62,256 nt of DNA, filler included, from Chiloscyllium plagiosum (GCF_004010195.1; 3 parts of one record of this genome joined end to end with filler, not necessarily neighbours in it), one strand, 5' to 3'. Numbered from the whole stretch's first letter, positions 25,711 through 38,789 are shown. Made by a program: numbers and translations. The notes: generated by a model from the letters alone, not told the origin.

Positions 25711-27561
25711 AAAATCTCCTCACTTCAGGCCATAGCCTGTGTAATATTCATGTGTAAGTAAAGTGATGGGATTGGGCCTCTCTGCAGTTATTTCAAGAAA
25801 GTTGTTAATTATACCAGTGTACAGTAACCGCAGGCAACATTCAGGATGTCTTTTTTCACATCCTCACCAGTGATCTTCTGCAGTCACCAGGAAGAACATG
25901 ACAGTTACTTGGGGACATCTTGCCCTGAACAGAGAACCCAAGTCTTCCTTCTTGGTGGTGCTCCCCACAACAAATAGCAAGAGGGAGAGAAACTAATAGA
26001 AGATAGAGAAGGAGAAAGCACAAAAACACATAAGGAAAAAATATTTAGAACAGTGATAGGTAGACACTTTGAGGAAAATACAGAAACAGAATGAGATAAT
26101 ACGAGACACATTGATGGAATATTAGATTGAAATTACAAGATGGAAAAAAAGCCATTCAGTCCAACCAGTGCACATTAGTTTTATCCTCCATGTAAGGAAT
26201 AGTTGCAGTCCCATTTTCTTACCCTGTTTTCATATCCCTTTACATATCCTTTCATCTGACCAACTATATATGCTATTCTTAAATTTTGATTATATCTCTG
26301 CTTCAACTATTAACTCTGGTAATGCATGTCACAGCCTCAAAACCATTTCTCCCTCTCTCTGTTCTAGATCATCTACTTTTAAGTTTGAAACTTGCTTCTC
26401 ACACTCTCAAGCCCTCAATTACAACAAGCGGTCTACTTCAATGTACCGTGTTCCATTCTGTGATGTATTAAAGATCCCTATCAAATCCCCTTATTCTCCG
26501 CTAGTACAATAAGAATAATGTCAATTTTTAAAAACGTGTTTTAGTTTGCTTTCCATCATTTCAAGCAGCAAGCTTCTGAAACTATGCAGTACCCTTTCCA
26601 CTCAACACTATTCCTATAAAATGAAATTTCAACCTGCACACTACACTCCAACTGTGGTCTTGGTAAAGTTTTATATAGGCTCAATTTATACCTTAATCTT
26701 AGTAATGGATTAATAGCTGAAACATTTTTTTCTCTGCACAGTTGAAGTCTGAGTTGGTGAGTGTTTCTGACATTATTTGCTTTAATTCACAGAGAATCAT
26801 TCAAACATGCTTCAAGGAAACAGCCTGGGATGAAACCGAAGGAAGTCAAATGAAGCATCGAGTTGTTGCACACTGTTCAAGGGCACACAGATTTATGATT
26901 GTACTGGTCATATTAAAGATGTTTTATGCATTTAAAGCATAAACCTTTGCAATGATTTGCTCCAATTTTCATATTATTGGATGAAATCTTCCAAGAAAAA
27001 GGTCAAAATCTTAACAGCAGCTAGAAATGATCCTACAAGCGATAGCTCATGAATAAGCTGCCACCGGGGTTACTGACCTGTACAGAATGGTCACCTGACT
27101 GTACAGCTGCTGGCCCAATGAGAGAGCTAGCAGCTCAGCAGTGCCAGCAGCAATGGCTGCCATTGCTAAGGCATGAGTCTACACCAATTGGTAAAGAAAC
27201 ATTTTAAAGATAATACTGATAGGAAGGAGACCAACGCCCCCCCCCCCCCCCCCCACCTCCAAAAAGCAAATGCCTCCCCTTTGCACAGATCCCTTTTTGA
27301 ATGAAAAAGCACTCCTTCCACCTCCTCCACAAAACCCATGCTACTGAGAAGAGGCAGCCTGCACGCAAAGTGCCAACGGCCTGGTGAAGTGTCTAAGTCA
27401 CTGATGTCAGGACATAGACTGGGAGTCTGTCATTCATGGCTCCGTCCCCCTCCAATATAAACATTCCCTACCACCACCTTGACCCTACCTCACAAGGTAC
27501 AGTAAGTTTCTTCCTATTGTCTCTCTGCACACGAGTGATTGCAACAATCATTAATACTTAC

Positions 27562-27702
27562 AGGAAAACATCCCGGAAAGCCATGTAATTATTTGTCACC
27601 AGCCAGGCCCCAAATCGAAAACATGCTGCATAGGCAAAGTAGACAATTGCTTGTGAAATTGCACTGGTGATTCCGTAAACGTGAGCCTTCTTTATTGAAT
27701 TC
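27562..27702 (-). CDS. ABCB1: ABCB1/ABCB4-type exon (141 bp; TM11; exon 23 equivalent)
   Basis: Minus strand: acceptor ttctaaAG, donor CT|GTAAGT; (R)[46 protein letters not shown](L), phase 2-2. The six exons join into one 713-nt open frame. Confidence 0.94.
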
Positions 27703-28029
27703 CTTTAGAAAATATGAAGCATGTTTAATGCCAATTCTACTGCCTAGCACAAAAAGATTATAAAAAGAATATTAAATCAATACAACCATGAGAGTGAGGT
27801 GAAGACAGCTGGGATGATAGAGTGCCATTCTGACTGAGGCCCCATCAGTCACAATTTAACTCTGCAATTTTTTTAGGAACATATGTGAAATAGCAGAAGA
27901 TGACCACAAGGTCCCTCAAGCCTGCTCCATCATTCAATACAATCAAGGCTGATCAACTGCCCTCCATATCCCTTTATTCCCTGAATGACCAAAGTCCACC
28001 TGTCTAAGCCTTAAATGAGCCTGAGAGAA

Positions 28030-28323
28030 TTAGATTAGATTAGATTACTTACAGTGTGGAAACAGGCCCTTCGGGCCAACAAGTCCACACCGCCCCACCG
28101 AAGCGCAACCCACCCATACCCCTAACCTAACACTACGGGCAATTTAGCATGGCCAATTCACCTTACCTGCACATCTTTGGACTGTGGAAGGAAACCGGAG
28201 CACCCACACAGACACGGGGAGAACGTGCAAGCTCAACACAGTCAGTCGCCTGAGGTGGGAATTGAACCCGGGTCTCTGGCGTTGTGAGGCAGCAGTGCTA
28301 ACCGCTGTACCACCGTGCCGCCC
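28030..28323 (-). mobile_element. HE1 (V-SINE) tRNA-derived SINE, near full length
   Basis: Minus-strand head GGGCGGCACGGTGGTACAGCGGTTAGCACTGCTGCCTCAC (A box) and GGTTCAATTCC (B box); V-domain gtgtgggtgctccggtttccttccacagtccaaagatgtgcagg; CR1-like tail ending (CTAAT)n. Confidence 0.92.
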
Positions 28324-28453
28324 AGGCTTTCTAAAAGTATTACACCTGAATTCTTTCTAGTATAAATCAAATTTGCTTTTTTCAGCCCTAACCATGACCT
28401 TTTCACTACTAACCAGAAGACACTGCTAACTAAGGAAGTCTGACTGTTTTTAC

Positions 28454-28554
28454 CTGGAAGGAACTTTCATGTTTTCTTCATACATTTCTTCAAACTTTCG
28501 TTCCCTTGTTAGAGCTACAACAGTTCGAATGTTTTCGACTGCCTCTGTAGCAAT
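28454..28554 (-). CDS. ABCB1: ABCB1/ABCB4-type exon (101 bp; exon 22 equivalent)
   Basis: Minus strand: acceptor taaacAG, donor [41 protein letters not shown](R), phase 0-2. Confidence 0.94.
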
Positions 28555-29134
28555 CTGTTTAAAAATGGAGAAAACAACAGTGTTAAGCAGAGCAGAATTA
28601 AGAGAGCTGTTTACAACACAATGAGAATGCTTAATGCATGGGTGTCAAAATGCCAGTCTTGAAACTCAACTTCTCCCATCAACTCTGTGTGTTAACCTTG
28701 ACCTGGTTGTCTACTTAATTATACTAGTATTGTTTTCTGGCAGAACAAAAAAGCAGTAACACCCATGAAGACTTTGGAATAAAGTATTCCAAAGTAGCAC
28801 TGTTCAATTTAAATAGCTTGATTTTAATAATAGTTCAGTAAACATATACAGCTTGGAAGTAAAGGGGACCAGGTAAACTGACAGGCAGTCAGCAACATTG
28901 AGATAATTGAGTGAAGTGAGATACTCAAAGACAGGACAGGAATTGGACTTGGGACATAAATGAGAATACAATTTTCTAGTCTATACTTAAGTAGAAGCAA
29001 GGATAAAATAAAAGCAAATGGTCCATATTCTAATTAATAAAGGTATGTCTGGGGAGCTCAGGCTTTGCTCCACATTATGGAAAACCCTGGACACTTCTGG
29101 CCATCTGCAATACCTCGTCTGCAGGAAGTGTCTT

Positions 29135-29510
29135 TTTAAAAAATGTTCATGGCAGGGAGGTTGTGGTAGCATTGCTGACTACACCAACATTTATTACCCA
29201 TCCCTAATTACTCAAACTCAACCACACATTGCTGAGCATCTGGAGTTACATATAGTCCAGACCAGGCAAGGATGGCAGTTTCCTTCCCTAAAGGTCATTA
29301 GTGAACCAAATGGGTCTTTTCCCCAACAATTAACAATGATGTCATGGTTATCATTAGGCTCTTAATTGGACTATTTTGTAAAATCTTGAATTATATTTTG
29401 TTTTATTGAAATAAACTTCATTACCTGCCATGGCAGGATTTGAACCTGGGACCCCAAAACATTATCTAGATCTCTGGGTTAATAGTCTAGCAACAATACC
29501 ACTAGGCCAT
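29135..29510 (-). mobile_element. tRNA-derived SINE (SacSINE-like)
   Basis: Minus-strand head tggcctagtggtattgttgctagacta...ggttcaaatcctgccatggcag (A/B boxes); body aatgacctttagggaaggaaactgcc. Confidence 0.75.
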
Positions 29511-29519
29511 CCCATCTGG

Positions 29520-32200
29520 CTGAAGCAACTTGATTTCCAACTTTTGGAGCTTGAACAGCAATGGGGGCACTATGGGTGCATTCATGAAGCCAAGAGGTTT
29601 ATGCAAGGACATTTCAGCATATGGAGGGTGAGTTGGAAGAAGGGTGTAGGGTAATATTGCTACTGGATGCCTTAGTGAGGGGAGTAGCCAGATGCTTCTG
29701 CAACTGTAGACATGAACCGAGGGTATGTTGCCTTCCTAATGCCCGGACCAAGAACTATTTAGAAAATAAGACAGGAAATTGAAAAGCAGGTCTACACAAG
29801 TAATAATTTCCTGATTACACCTGATACCACACTGGAGTGAGTACAGGAATAGATGGATAATAGCTGAAGAGATAGTGCAGGAGGAAGAGCTTTATTTCCT
29901 GAGGCATTGGGACCATTTCTGGGAGAGGTAGAACCTATAACAAATTTGGCAGGTGACACCTGAATGTTAGGTGAGATCATCCTTACGTGGAATTTTGCTA
30001 AAGCTGCTGGGATGAATTTAAACCAGAAAGGCAGGGAGGTGGGATCAACATAGAACATAGAACATAGAATGTTACAGCGCAGTACAGGCCTTTCGGTCCT
30101 CGATGTTGCGCTGACCTGTGAAATTAATCTGACGCCCAACTAACCTATACCATTCCATTATCATCCATATGTATGTCAATGCCCATTTAAATGCCCTTAA
30201 CGTCGGCAAGTCTACTACGGTTGCAGGTAGGCCATTCCACGTCCCTACTACGGATCCTTACAGGTAGTTCGGGGGGAAAATGCTGAGATAGAATCAGAAG
30301 TTAAAATGCAAGTGAGTGAGTGAAGAAGGGAGGAAAAATATAGGCTAGATATGAAATAAGTGATTTTAGCAAATCTATTTTAATGCAAGGAACCTGAAGA
30401 ATAAGATAGATGAGTTGAGGGTACTGATAGGCAAACAGGAGTATGATATTATAGCAATGACCGCGACTTAGCTGAAAGATGAGCAGTTCACCATTCCTGG
30501 CTAGAGGATATTAGATGCAATAAAGAGAGGGATACAAGAGGATGAGGGCTTGCAATATATAAGGTGCAATAATAAAGTAAAGAGGAGTGTTGAAGAGAGT
30601 AGAAGGTGCAATACCTTGATAATGGAATCGAATTTTTTGTCGTGAAGAGCAATGATATCATAGAAGAATCATCAAATGAGGCCACATGAGAATAAATAAA
30701 AAACACAAAAGGGGCAAGCATGCTGTTAGTATGTGCAATGTGTCCCAAAACATCAGGAAGAGGTAAAGCATTAAATATGTGATAAAATTTCAGAGAAGTA
30801 TAAGATAGGTAAGGCAGTAATCATAAATTTTAATTATACAAATATTAATTGGGATGCTTCAAGTGTGCAAAGTAAGGAGAAAACAGAATTCTTAAATAGC
30901 ATCCAGAAAAACTTATTTAGTTGGTACATAAAAAGCCCAACAGTGGAGGGTCTAGTTCTGAACAACCTAATATTCAGAAATGAGCATATGCAGGTAGAAG
31001 CAGTAACAGTAGGGGAGCATTTTGGAGATAGTGACTATAACTCAGTTATATTTAACATTGTTATGGAAAAGGATAAGGATGGGCTGGAAATCAAAGTTCT
31101 AATCTGAAAAGAGGGCAATCTCACTACACTATGATTTGGCTCAAATGGATTGGAAACAGTGACTTACAGTGTTAGAGACATTGAAGCTGTTCAAGGAGGA
31201 AATAGTGAGAGTGCATGGCAAATGTGTTTCTGTCAAGATAAGTATAGGGCCAAACGTAGAGACCCCTGGATTTCAAGGGTTGTAAGGTTACGGTTAAAAA
31301 AATAGAGAAGTTTATGAAAGATAACAAGGGCTTAATATACAGACTCTCTACGGAAGTACAAAAAGTGTGGGGTGGGGGGACCTTAAAAAGGAAATTAGGA
31401 AAGCAAATACAATAAATGAGAAAGCATTTGCAGTTTGAATAAAGGAAACCTAGAATTTCTTTTTAAATATACGAAGATCAAGAGAATAATTAAGCAAAGA
31501 GTATGGCCTATTAGAGACCATGGAAATAATCTGTGTACGGATAACATGGGCACAATTCTCAATGAATATTTTATGTTGGTCTTTACAGAGGCAAAGGATG
31601 TCGCAGCTATAAACATCAGGGGGAGGACTGTGAAATATTAAAATAAACTAATATTGAGAGAGTGGAGGTACTAGCAGATTTAGCAGTCTTAAAAGTGGAT
31701 GAGTCTGCAACCTGTATCAGATGTATCCAGGCTGTTGAAGGTGGCAAGGGAGGAGATATCAGATGTTCTGGCAGTGGTTTTCAATATCTCTCTGGCCGTG
31801 GGTGAGGTGACAGTGGACTGGAGAACTGTTAATATTTAAGGGAGGAAGGAATGGACCAGGAAATTATAGGTCAGTCTGTCTAACCTCAGTGGTGGGGAAG
31901 ATATTAGAGAGATAGATCTGCATTTGGACAGACACAGATTAATCAAGGATAATCAGCATGGACTGTTAAGTGAAGATCACGTTTGACAAACTGATCAGCA
32001 TTTTTTTGAAGATAACCAAGAACACTGAGGAGGGAAATGATTTGATTTGGTCTACAGAGACTTTAACAAGACTTCTGATAAAGTTTCTCACGGCAGTCTG
32101 GCCAAGAAGGTGAGAGTCCGTGGCATCCAAATCAAAGTGGCAGGTTGGATCCATTACTGATTGTGAGGCGAGAAGCACGTTTTTTTTCCCTTGCAGGTTT
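29520..32200 (+). mobile_element. Old, heavily decayed CR1 (ORF1 remnant, APE, RT start), interrupted by a younger CR1 tail at about 30046-30250 (minus strand)
   Basis: ORFs 30865..31107 (VGEHFGDSDYNSVIFNIVMEKD) and 31435..31641 (ILNEYFMLVFT); many stops; the insert starts with (aacatag)n. Confidence 0.8.
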
Positions 32201-32239
32201 CTGGTGCTGAGGCCCAAACTGTTTGTAGTGCATAATAAT

Positions 32240-32540
32240 GATTTGGGCTTTCTCAAGATCCCTCCTACACTTTCTGTACTCCACTAAAGCCTCTGTTGAC
32301 TTGCTCCTGTTGTATCTGTTAAAAACCTCTCCTTTCCTTCTTATCCAGTCATGAATATTCCCGGACATCCATGTTTCTCTGGGCTTGTTGCTCCTACATT
32401 GGAGCACATTGGGTCTGTGCTCTCACCAATTCCTTTTTGAGTGCCCTTTACTGTTCTGCTGTAGATTTACCCAGCCTACTTTGGCCAGATACTGCCTTAT
32501 TTTGTTAAAATCTGTCTTTTCCTAATTTAAAACCGTACTT
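32240..32540 (-). mobile_element. CR1 ORF2 tether-region fragment
   Basis: ORF 32132..32407 WIRRKGEVFNRY...LVEYRKCRRDL. Confidence 0.65.
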
Positions 32541-33118
32541 TTTGCACACCATCTTTACTTCTGCTCCTTTCTCAAATGCTCGTTTCAATAACATACAACC
32601 TCAGGGAGAATGCAAGACTGTAGAGTGGTAACCACAGACCTTGGGGCAGTGGCTGAGGGAGCTCAGCTGGACTGATGTTTTAGCTGGCATGTTTCCCGAG
32701 GCTGAGAAAACTCCATCAGGCAGGATTAAACACAAATAACTCACCCTGTCTTATTATAATTTTAAAAAATGCTAATCTGTCCCCTGGGAATGTGTTGATC
32801 ATCAAGCAAAACTTGGTCCTGCCTCACATATGACCAGGAGTGGGAGTCTTGGCAGTCAGGACTTTTTTTTTTAAACCCTTCAATTCTGTTCCCTCCTACC
32901 CAATTCAAACCTTTTCTTTGTGGCTAATATTTCCCTTTCTGTGTTTCTGTGCGCACACACTGTTGTAAAAATGATTGCAACTACATCCTGTGATTAACAC
33001 TTCATCTGGAAACAACATATTATTTACCAGTCTTGCTGTAATATCAATTATCAGGTGTCTGGCTTTCCAAATGTATAAATAGAAAGCAGGAATCATCAGC
33101 AGTGCTTTGCCCAGAGGC

Positions 33119-33158
33119 CCACTGAAGATGTTACCTAGTAGGGTGGCGAAAGGTCTGG
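33119..33158 (+). ncRNA. Minimal type-I hammerhead ribozyme motif in a solo PLE family B terminus (about 33075-33200)
   Basis: CCA-CTGAAGA-T-GTTACC-tagtag-GGTGGC-GAAA-G-GTC-TGG: stem I CCA/TGG, 6-bp stem II with two G-U pairs, GUC triplet; downstream ttccagctcagcaagcaaacc matches 47400-47432. Confidence 0.7.
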
Positions 33159-33682
33159 AAATGAACCTTCCAGCTCAGCAAGCAAACCCACATTCAGAAA
33201 GTCACTTCTCTTTGTTGGAGTCAAAGTCTTGAATTATTTCAAGGAAACAGTGAATTATATGAAGCCCATAAAGCTTGGCCAAGAGAAGGATAGATCCCTC
33301 AGCTAAAGAGTTCTTGACGTATTGGTCACAGGAGATCTCGGTCAGGGTTTGAGATGCCTTGTGGGAAAGCAATCCATACTTTGAGGAAGAACTCCAATGG
33401 GCCCCAGGGATCAGTTAAGGAAGGTACATCTTGCCTAAGTCTGCACAGCGAAACCAACCACACAAACTGCATGGTGTGGGTCTCTCCAGCTACGGGTTAA
33501 ATAAGGTGGTGAGGTTGGCATCACTTGCCCTTTAAAGCCTTCAACTGGCTCATTGGGGGGCATGCCAACTGATACCAACCCCACTGTTGTTATAATTGCA
33601 GTGGAGGGTAAGGGCAGGCAGGAAGGTGGCATGCAAGTCACCTGCCCACAGGTAATGCTTTTCCCCCTTGAAAATTACTCAC

Positions 33683-33886
33683 CTTTCCTGCTTTCTCAAG
33701 TTCAGACTTGTCTTTGTTGGCATGTCCCGTGAGCATTCTCATTTGTATCAGTCCTGCTAATGCCAAGATTGGCACAATAGCCAAGATCAACAGTGTCAGC
33801 TGCCAGCCATAGACGAAGGAAATAATAATTGAACATCCTAGATTAGCTGTATTCTGTGAAATCAAACCAAGTCTGACACCCGTAGC
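33683..33886 (-). CDS. ABCB1: ABCB1/ABCB4-type exon (204 bp; TM9-TM10; exon 21 equivalent)
   Basis: Minus strand: acceptor ctgtAG, donor [77 protein letters not shown]; overlaps ORF 33638..33865. Confidence 0.95.
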
Positions 33887-35033
33887 CTACAGTAAAGACA
33901 TGAAGAGAGAACATGGTTTATTAAAAATAGTTTTAGAAAATAACTTACATATTCTCTTCAAAATTTGCACTTAAGTTAATTGCCAAACATTTAATAAAGC
34001 TCTAATAGCATTTTGGGAATTAGTTTTATAATTTATTAGAGGCTTGAAGCATATTGTTTACAGAATGCTTTGGCTCAGTTGAAATAAGTTTAAAAAATTA
34101 CAGCTATATTGTATAAAACATGTATATGAAACACCTTAGGGAGAAACAGCACAAAGTACATTCACAATATTGTCTCAAAAATTAATCTTTTTCCATAATG
34201 ATGCCATCAACAAGCCTGGAGTCAATCTGGAGCATTTGTGAAGGAGGTATGATTTACAAAATAAGATATTTCAAATAGTTCAGAGATTTTAAATAAATAT
34301 TTAACTATTTTCTAAATGACCATATCTAATTTGAGAATCTAACTATACAATATTTGATACAATAAACGTTTTATTACCTGGCACCCTCCATGGGACCAGG
34401 AGTGTAGTGGTTGATCAGATGTTCTGGTTGATTAAGATGTCCATATAATATGTCAAAATACATACTAAGTAATAGAAACATAATTCTGGTGTATTCACAT
34501 CGCTGTTATACCTTATTTACAGCATGAATCACTTAAATAATAATGCAACTTTGCCTTAAATAAAATGTACTGGTGGACAAGCTTCTCACTGACTCTCAAC
34601 TGACCACTCAGACAATCGTGGAGATCACGATAATAGAGTAAACTCCCGGTATTTGAGGTACATAAGTTTTGCTGGGTTCTCAAGAATGTCGGTTCATAAC
34701 GGGCTGGTTAAAATAAAGTTTGCTATTTCCAAATATGTTTTCTGATTACAAACAGGAATCCTTTCTCTCTTAAACTACTGAAATATTCAATATTCATTAG
34801 GTTTAAGAATTAAGTCAAAAGACATATTTGGAATATGGGGTAATTGAAAGGAACTAACGGGATTGCCCTCTGAAAGAAGTGGTGCAGATTTGATGGTACA
34901 AGGCCTCCCTCTGTTTTGTACTAGGCTATGATTCTGACAGTATATCTACTATAATTCAATTAGATTTCATTGCAATTTTGACTCCTGTGATAGGTAGGGA
35001 TGGTCAAAGCCTAATGGCACTATGGATACATAC

Positions 35034-35117
35034 CCCTTTAACTTGAGATGCATCAGTAGCAAGTCTGGTAGTCAATGCTCCGGTGCCGTTCTTAGAATCA
35101 TCAAACCAGCTAACATC
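35034..35117 (-). CDS. ABCB1: ABCB1/ABCB4-type exon (84 bp; exon 20 equivalent)
   Basis: Minus strand: acceptor ttcttAG, donor [37 protein letters not shown]. Confidence 0.94.
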
Positions 35118-38100
35118 CTAAGAATATATATACACACACACACAAATGGATTAACATGTTATATTATGCACTTAGTGTGAGAAAATGCCATGAGACTGGT
35201 ATACAATTACCTGTCCTTTTGACTTGACTAAATTAGTATGCAATTATTTTGGAATAGTATTTGTTAAAATGTGTAATGAAAAAGGAGTTTATGAATTGCT
35301 GGATGGATATTGAATTTTGCTGATTTCTGAAATCCAACTGAAAGTTTGCTAGAGTCACTTCAGGGAAACTGGGATGAGTGTGCCTCACAAAAATGTCAAT
35401 TAACTATTTTTATAAATTCTTCTGCCAGGCATTACCGCCTATATTTGCAATTAGGGCTGAATCAGATTCCTAACACAGTCTACTTTGAGAAAGACATCAA
35501 GCCTTTTCTGATAGCCTAGAAAATTCATACCTATTTCAATAATTCACACCTATTTTATGGCATTGTTGGTACAACAAAACGCCTGAGAATTGTTGATCAT
35601 ACTATTTTGAGACCTCCCTCTACCTCCCCTGTTCCCATGCCCGCTCAACTCTGGAGCTCTTTTGCAAGAGCTAGGTGAGTCTTTGGGCAGAATCTTAGAA
35701 GCGCCTGAATGGCGTGGGCTATGGTGGGATTTGTGGCAGAATCACAAGGCCTATCCTCAACACTGGGAGCACCTCACTGTAGCTTTTATATGACTGCTGA
35801 GTGGTGAGGTGGGTTTTTCACTAGGCACCAGCAAGTTGCCAATTCAATTGTGTTATAGCTTATTGAACACTATATTAGTGGCAAAACTCAACTCATTAAT
35901 ATTCAGGTTCTTACCTTACCAAGCACATTAAACAAGCCAGACTTTGAGAGTTCTCAACATGGAAACTAGAGTGGGTACCTGGCAGCTTCAGCTCAGAGTC
36001 TTAAGAAAGTAGTCAGTGAGAGGTTCCCAACACAGTTAGTCCCCAATCAGGTATCCGGTCAGAGTGTTTTCAGTCAGAGGTCTGTGCCTCAGAGGGTTAG
36101 GCCAAATAGTGGGTCATGGTCAGCTATGAAACTCCATAGTGGCCAGCCCAGGGAGTAGGCCCAAAGCATCTGGGAAGGTGTTTGGACATCACTTGGGGTC
36201 TGAGCTGTTCTCATCCATGGCTGTACAGGTCAGTCACACAAGGAGAAGGCCACAGTCAGTCCATGAGGTCTGTCCAGAGAAACTAAAGCAAAAGGGGTTT
36301 GGGAAAGGGAGGATGGAAAGAAGACTTGGAAATGTGTTCACCAGCATTGGGGGCTGCAGCTGGGTAGAAAGGGGATAACAACTGTGAAGGAGGCAACTGG
36401 CTGAGAATGGAGTAATGTGGTATGGTGTTTCATCATAGTCAGGAGCACCCTGGCTTTTGGAAGGTGCAGGGGATAGTGTATGGCAGTTGGCATGGTCACT
36501 CCACATGCTTGGGGCTTTGGAGGGGGTGGGAATAGGCATTGCAGGGGGATTGAGATGTGGGTAGGTGCAAGCTGATACAGACAAGTTGGATGGGAACCTA
36601 GAAAATGCGATGTTTGTGGGGTTCATGGAAATGGATGTTCATGTTCATGCTGAAGATCATCTTGCCAGAGACATTTAGGAGAAGGGCATCAACCTTGCCA
36701 TCAGGACTCTGTCAGAGAATCGCACTGCCACCTTTCTCATCTCCAAACCCTTTACACTGTACACCCATCAGCATCAGTCCAAGACATGTCTCCTTCAGCT
36801 CAAGGGAAATGATAGATGGACAACAAATTCAACAGCATCCACATCCCATGGAAGAATTAAAAAAAGAGAAAATGCTTCCACAGGTATGTAGATAACACCC
36901 AGCTCTAAGTCATTAACCCCTCTATAAAATGCTCTACTGTTTTTGCTGTTTGTTTGACATTTAGTCATGAACAAGGTGCAATTTTGAGTTAATTATGAGG
37001 AAGAATTAAGGCATCAACTTTGAACCCCATCACAAATAACTATCACCAATTCCAACCCCCAACTCAGCCATTGTCTCACGTTGAACCAGACTATAACAAG
37101 CCTAACTTCTGACCTACACCTTGTCCGTCCAGAAGTTACTTAATTTTACTCCATACCGGAGGTTACCTCCATCTTGCTTCAACTCGTCTACTGCTCAAAG
37201 GCTCACATATCTTTAAGTTTTAACTATTTCATTGCTCTCCTAGACAACCTTCTAACATCCAATTTTGCTGTATGTATCCTATCCAACACAAACTCCTATT
37301 CACAAACTACTTCTGTGCTTCCTGACCTTTATTGATTTAATTGAAAACATTCTAAATTCCTAAATGAGCTCAATTTATGCCCGACTTGTAAAATCTCTGA
37401 GCCTTTAACTCTCAATAAGACCCTATTCCTCCAACTCTTTCTTGTGAGTCCTCTGTGCTGGCAATATAGTTCGCTATTTATACAAAGCAAATGTCCAGCT
37501 TCATTCTTTTGGAGTACAAGTTTCAATAGCAAAATGTAAATTTAATTCAAAATGTTCACAATTATCATTGGTGTCAGTGGGCACAGAGACATGACAATTA
37601 ACTTTTCATCGTTTGGGCCAAAGTACTGGCTCATAGGAAAAACTGGTTTTGAGTTACATTCGCAATTTTTAATGCCATTATTTTCTGAAATGTCTCCATA
37701 GGATATAGATAATTGCTACCATAGCATACACTTTCAGAAAATTCTGGAATACTAAATTGTGTTACTTTTATGCACAGATCTCTATTTTTAAGATTTATTT
37801 CATTTAACAATATGTCATTTGGTATGTGCTCTTCTGGGCAATGGTTAATGAGCTAGTGCAGTACCTTAAGCTTGTAAAAAGTGCAAAATTGATCTCAGTT
37901 CTTTCAATTATCAAATTAAGTCTCAATATTCAATTTGATTCAATTATTGAGAAGGCCAAATGGCTGAATTCTGCTCCTTTATCTTATGGACTACCTTAAA
38001 ACTGGCTTTTGGAAGCAGCTTCAAACTATCAAAGAACTAGTTCAGGTAATCTGAGCTCCATTCTAGAGTTAAGGTGATACCAAAGGTATGAAAGGTTTTT

Positions 38101-38284
38101 TTTTTAATCGTAATGTAAATGAAGGAACATTAGATACAAAGTAAAAACAAAACTATGTACACATAAAAATAATATAAAAGACAAATTGTTATCAGTAGAT
38201 TAAAAGACTATAAAAAAAAGGAACAAGAGTAGGTCAATCCCTCAAGTCTGCTCTGACATTCACTGGAATCATGGTTGATCTGAT

Positions 38285-38760
38285 TAGAGTCATAGAGTCA
38301 GAGACGTACAGCATGGAAACAGACCCTTCGGTCCAACCTGTCCATGCCGACCAGATATTCCAACCCAATCTAGTCCCACCTGCCAGCACCTGACCCATAT
38401 CCCTCCAAACCCTTCCTATTCATATGCCCATCCAGATGCCTTTTAAATGTTGCAATTGTACTAGCCTCCACCACTTCCTCTGGCAGCTCATTCCATACAC
38501 ATACCACTCTATACGTGAAAACGTTGCCCCTTAGGTCTATTTTATATCTTTCCCCTCTTACCCTAAGCCTATGCCCTCAAGTTTGGAGCTCGCCCATCCC
38601 AGAGAAAAGACCTTGTCTATTTATCCTATCCATGCCCCTCATGATTGTATAAACCTCTATTAGGTCAACCCTCAGCCCCAACACTCCAGGGAAAACCTAA
38701 CCTATTCAAACTCTCTCTATAGCTCAAATCCTCCAACCCTGGCAACATCCTTGTAAATCC
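38285..38760 (-). mobile_element. CR1 3' end with (tagagtca)n tail
   Basis: Same family as 50453-51010 and 61490-61812. Confidence 0.9.
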
Positions 38761-38789
38761 TACAGTTATTTATCAAACGTTAATTCCAC

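Noticed and set aside
28250..28323. tRNA gene
   Set aside because: The A/B boxes belong to the HE1 SINE head, which continues into the V-domain and LINE tail.
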